64,000 bases of DNA, taken from the NCBI RefSeq assembly GCF_006345805.1, contig NW_021835979.1:9763-73762 (forward strand). Direction: 5' to 3'. How positions within the stretch are numbered: the first letter of the stretch is position 1; every line of letters begins with the position of its first letter. Position numbers and translations under genes: made by a program. Below the pieces are notes generated by a model. It had not been told where the DNA came from. It did no database searches and saw nothing but the letters and a program-made list of their open reading frames with translations. Positions 63,168 through 64,000 of the stretch are shown here, in pieces. The DNA comes from Octopus sinensis (taxonomy: Eukaryota).

Positions 63168-63583
63168 TTACTCTTTTACTCTTTACTCTTTTACTTGTTT
63201 CAGTCATTTGACTGCGGCCATGCTGGAGCACCGCCTTTAGTCGAGAAAATCGACCCCGGGACTTATTCTTTGTAAGCCCAGTACTTATTCTATCGGTCTC
63301 TTTTGCCGAACCGCTAAGTGATGGGGAAGTAAACACACCAGCATCGGTTGTCAAGCAATGCTAGGGAGACAAACACAGACACTCAAACACACATACATAT
63401 ATATACATATACATATATACGACAGGCTTCTTTCAGTTTCCGTCTACCAAATCCACTCACAAGGCATTGGTCGGCCCGGGGCTATAGCAGAAGACACTTG
63501 CCCAAGATGCCACGCAGTGGGACTGAACCCGGAACCATGTGGCTGGTTAGCAAGCTACTTACCACACAGCCACTTCTGCGCCT
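63168..63583 (-). mobile_element. SINE family C, full length
   Basis: Reverse complement of the C consensus. Confidence 0.92.
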
Positions 63584-64000
63584 TGTTTTTTTACAGAGGA
63601 AAATAAACTGAAATACACGATTAATTTATATGCGCGGTGTTTTGTTACATAACATAAAAAAAACCCCAATCACGGAAATAATGAAAATTCCATTGTCTGG
63701 TTAATCATCCCATTCGCTATGCAAATTAAGAATAACATAGTTAAAACAATATTTAGATTAATTAACAAACATTTTATAAAAATGAAAGAACAAATACCGT
63801 GAGATAATTAACAACAAAACAATGAGAATAGGATACAGTTTAAGGCATAACCTGGCTACCATCATCTCCTCAATAAACAATAGAAAACTGAACACCTTTT
63901 ATTTTTATGTAGAAATAATAACAACAGTAATATGCACACTAATAATAACAATAGCCACAACAATAATAATAGTGACAATGGTAATATAGTAGTAATAGCG

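Overview
This is AT-rich animal genomic DNA, probably an octopus (inferred from the SINE repertoire and the dense (TA)n/(CATA)n/(TCTA)n/(ATT)n/(CAC)n microsatellites). It is intron-like or intergenic and almost fully occupied by repeats. No intact recognisable protein-coding gene, rRNA, bona fide tRNA or CRISPR array is supported; nearly all ORFs in the track are microsatellite or SINE read-through. Four tRNA-headed SINE families are present (labelled A-D here; probably overlapping the described octopus OK/OR1/OR2 SINEs, unverified), including 12 near-identical full-length A copies with target-site duplications (TSDs). Decayed non-LTR retrotransposons (CR1-like, L1/Tx1-like, RTE, R4/Dong-like, Penelope-like) and decayed DNA transposons (hAT Buster-type, Tc1-like, mariner, hAT/piggyBac/TA-target MITEs, a non-autonomous Helitron) are also present. 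A few short splice-site-bounded segments may be exons of an unidentified host gene. The most notable signals are: (1) a complete canonical type I hammerhead ribozyme at 13463-13540, plus minimal or variant hammerhead motifs across the window; (2) SINE B1 repeatedly inserting at a GGTATT site inside its own family, building nested arrays; (3) one SINE A head joined to three different 3' tails at one breakpoint; (4) a cluster of non-LTR elements all sitting in (TAA)n arrays.
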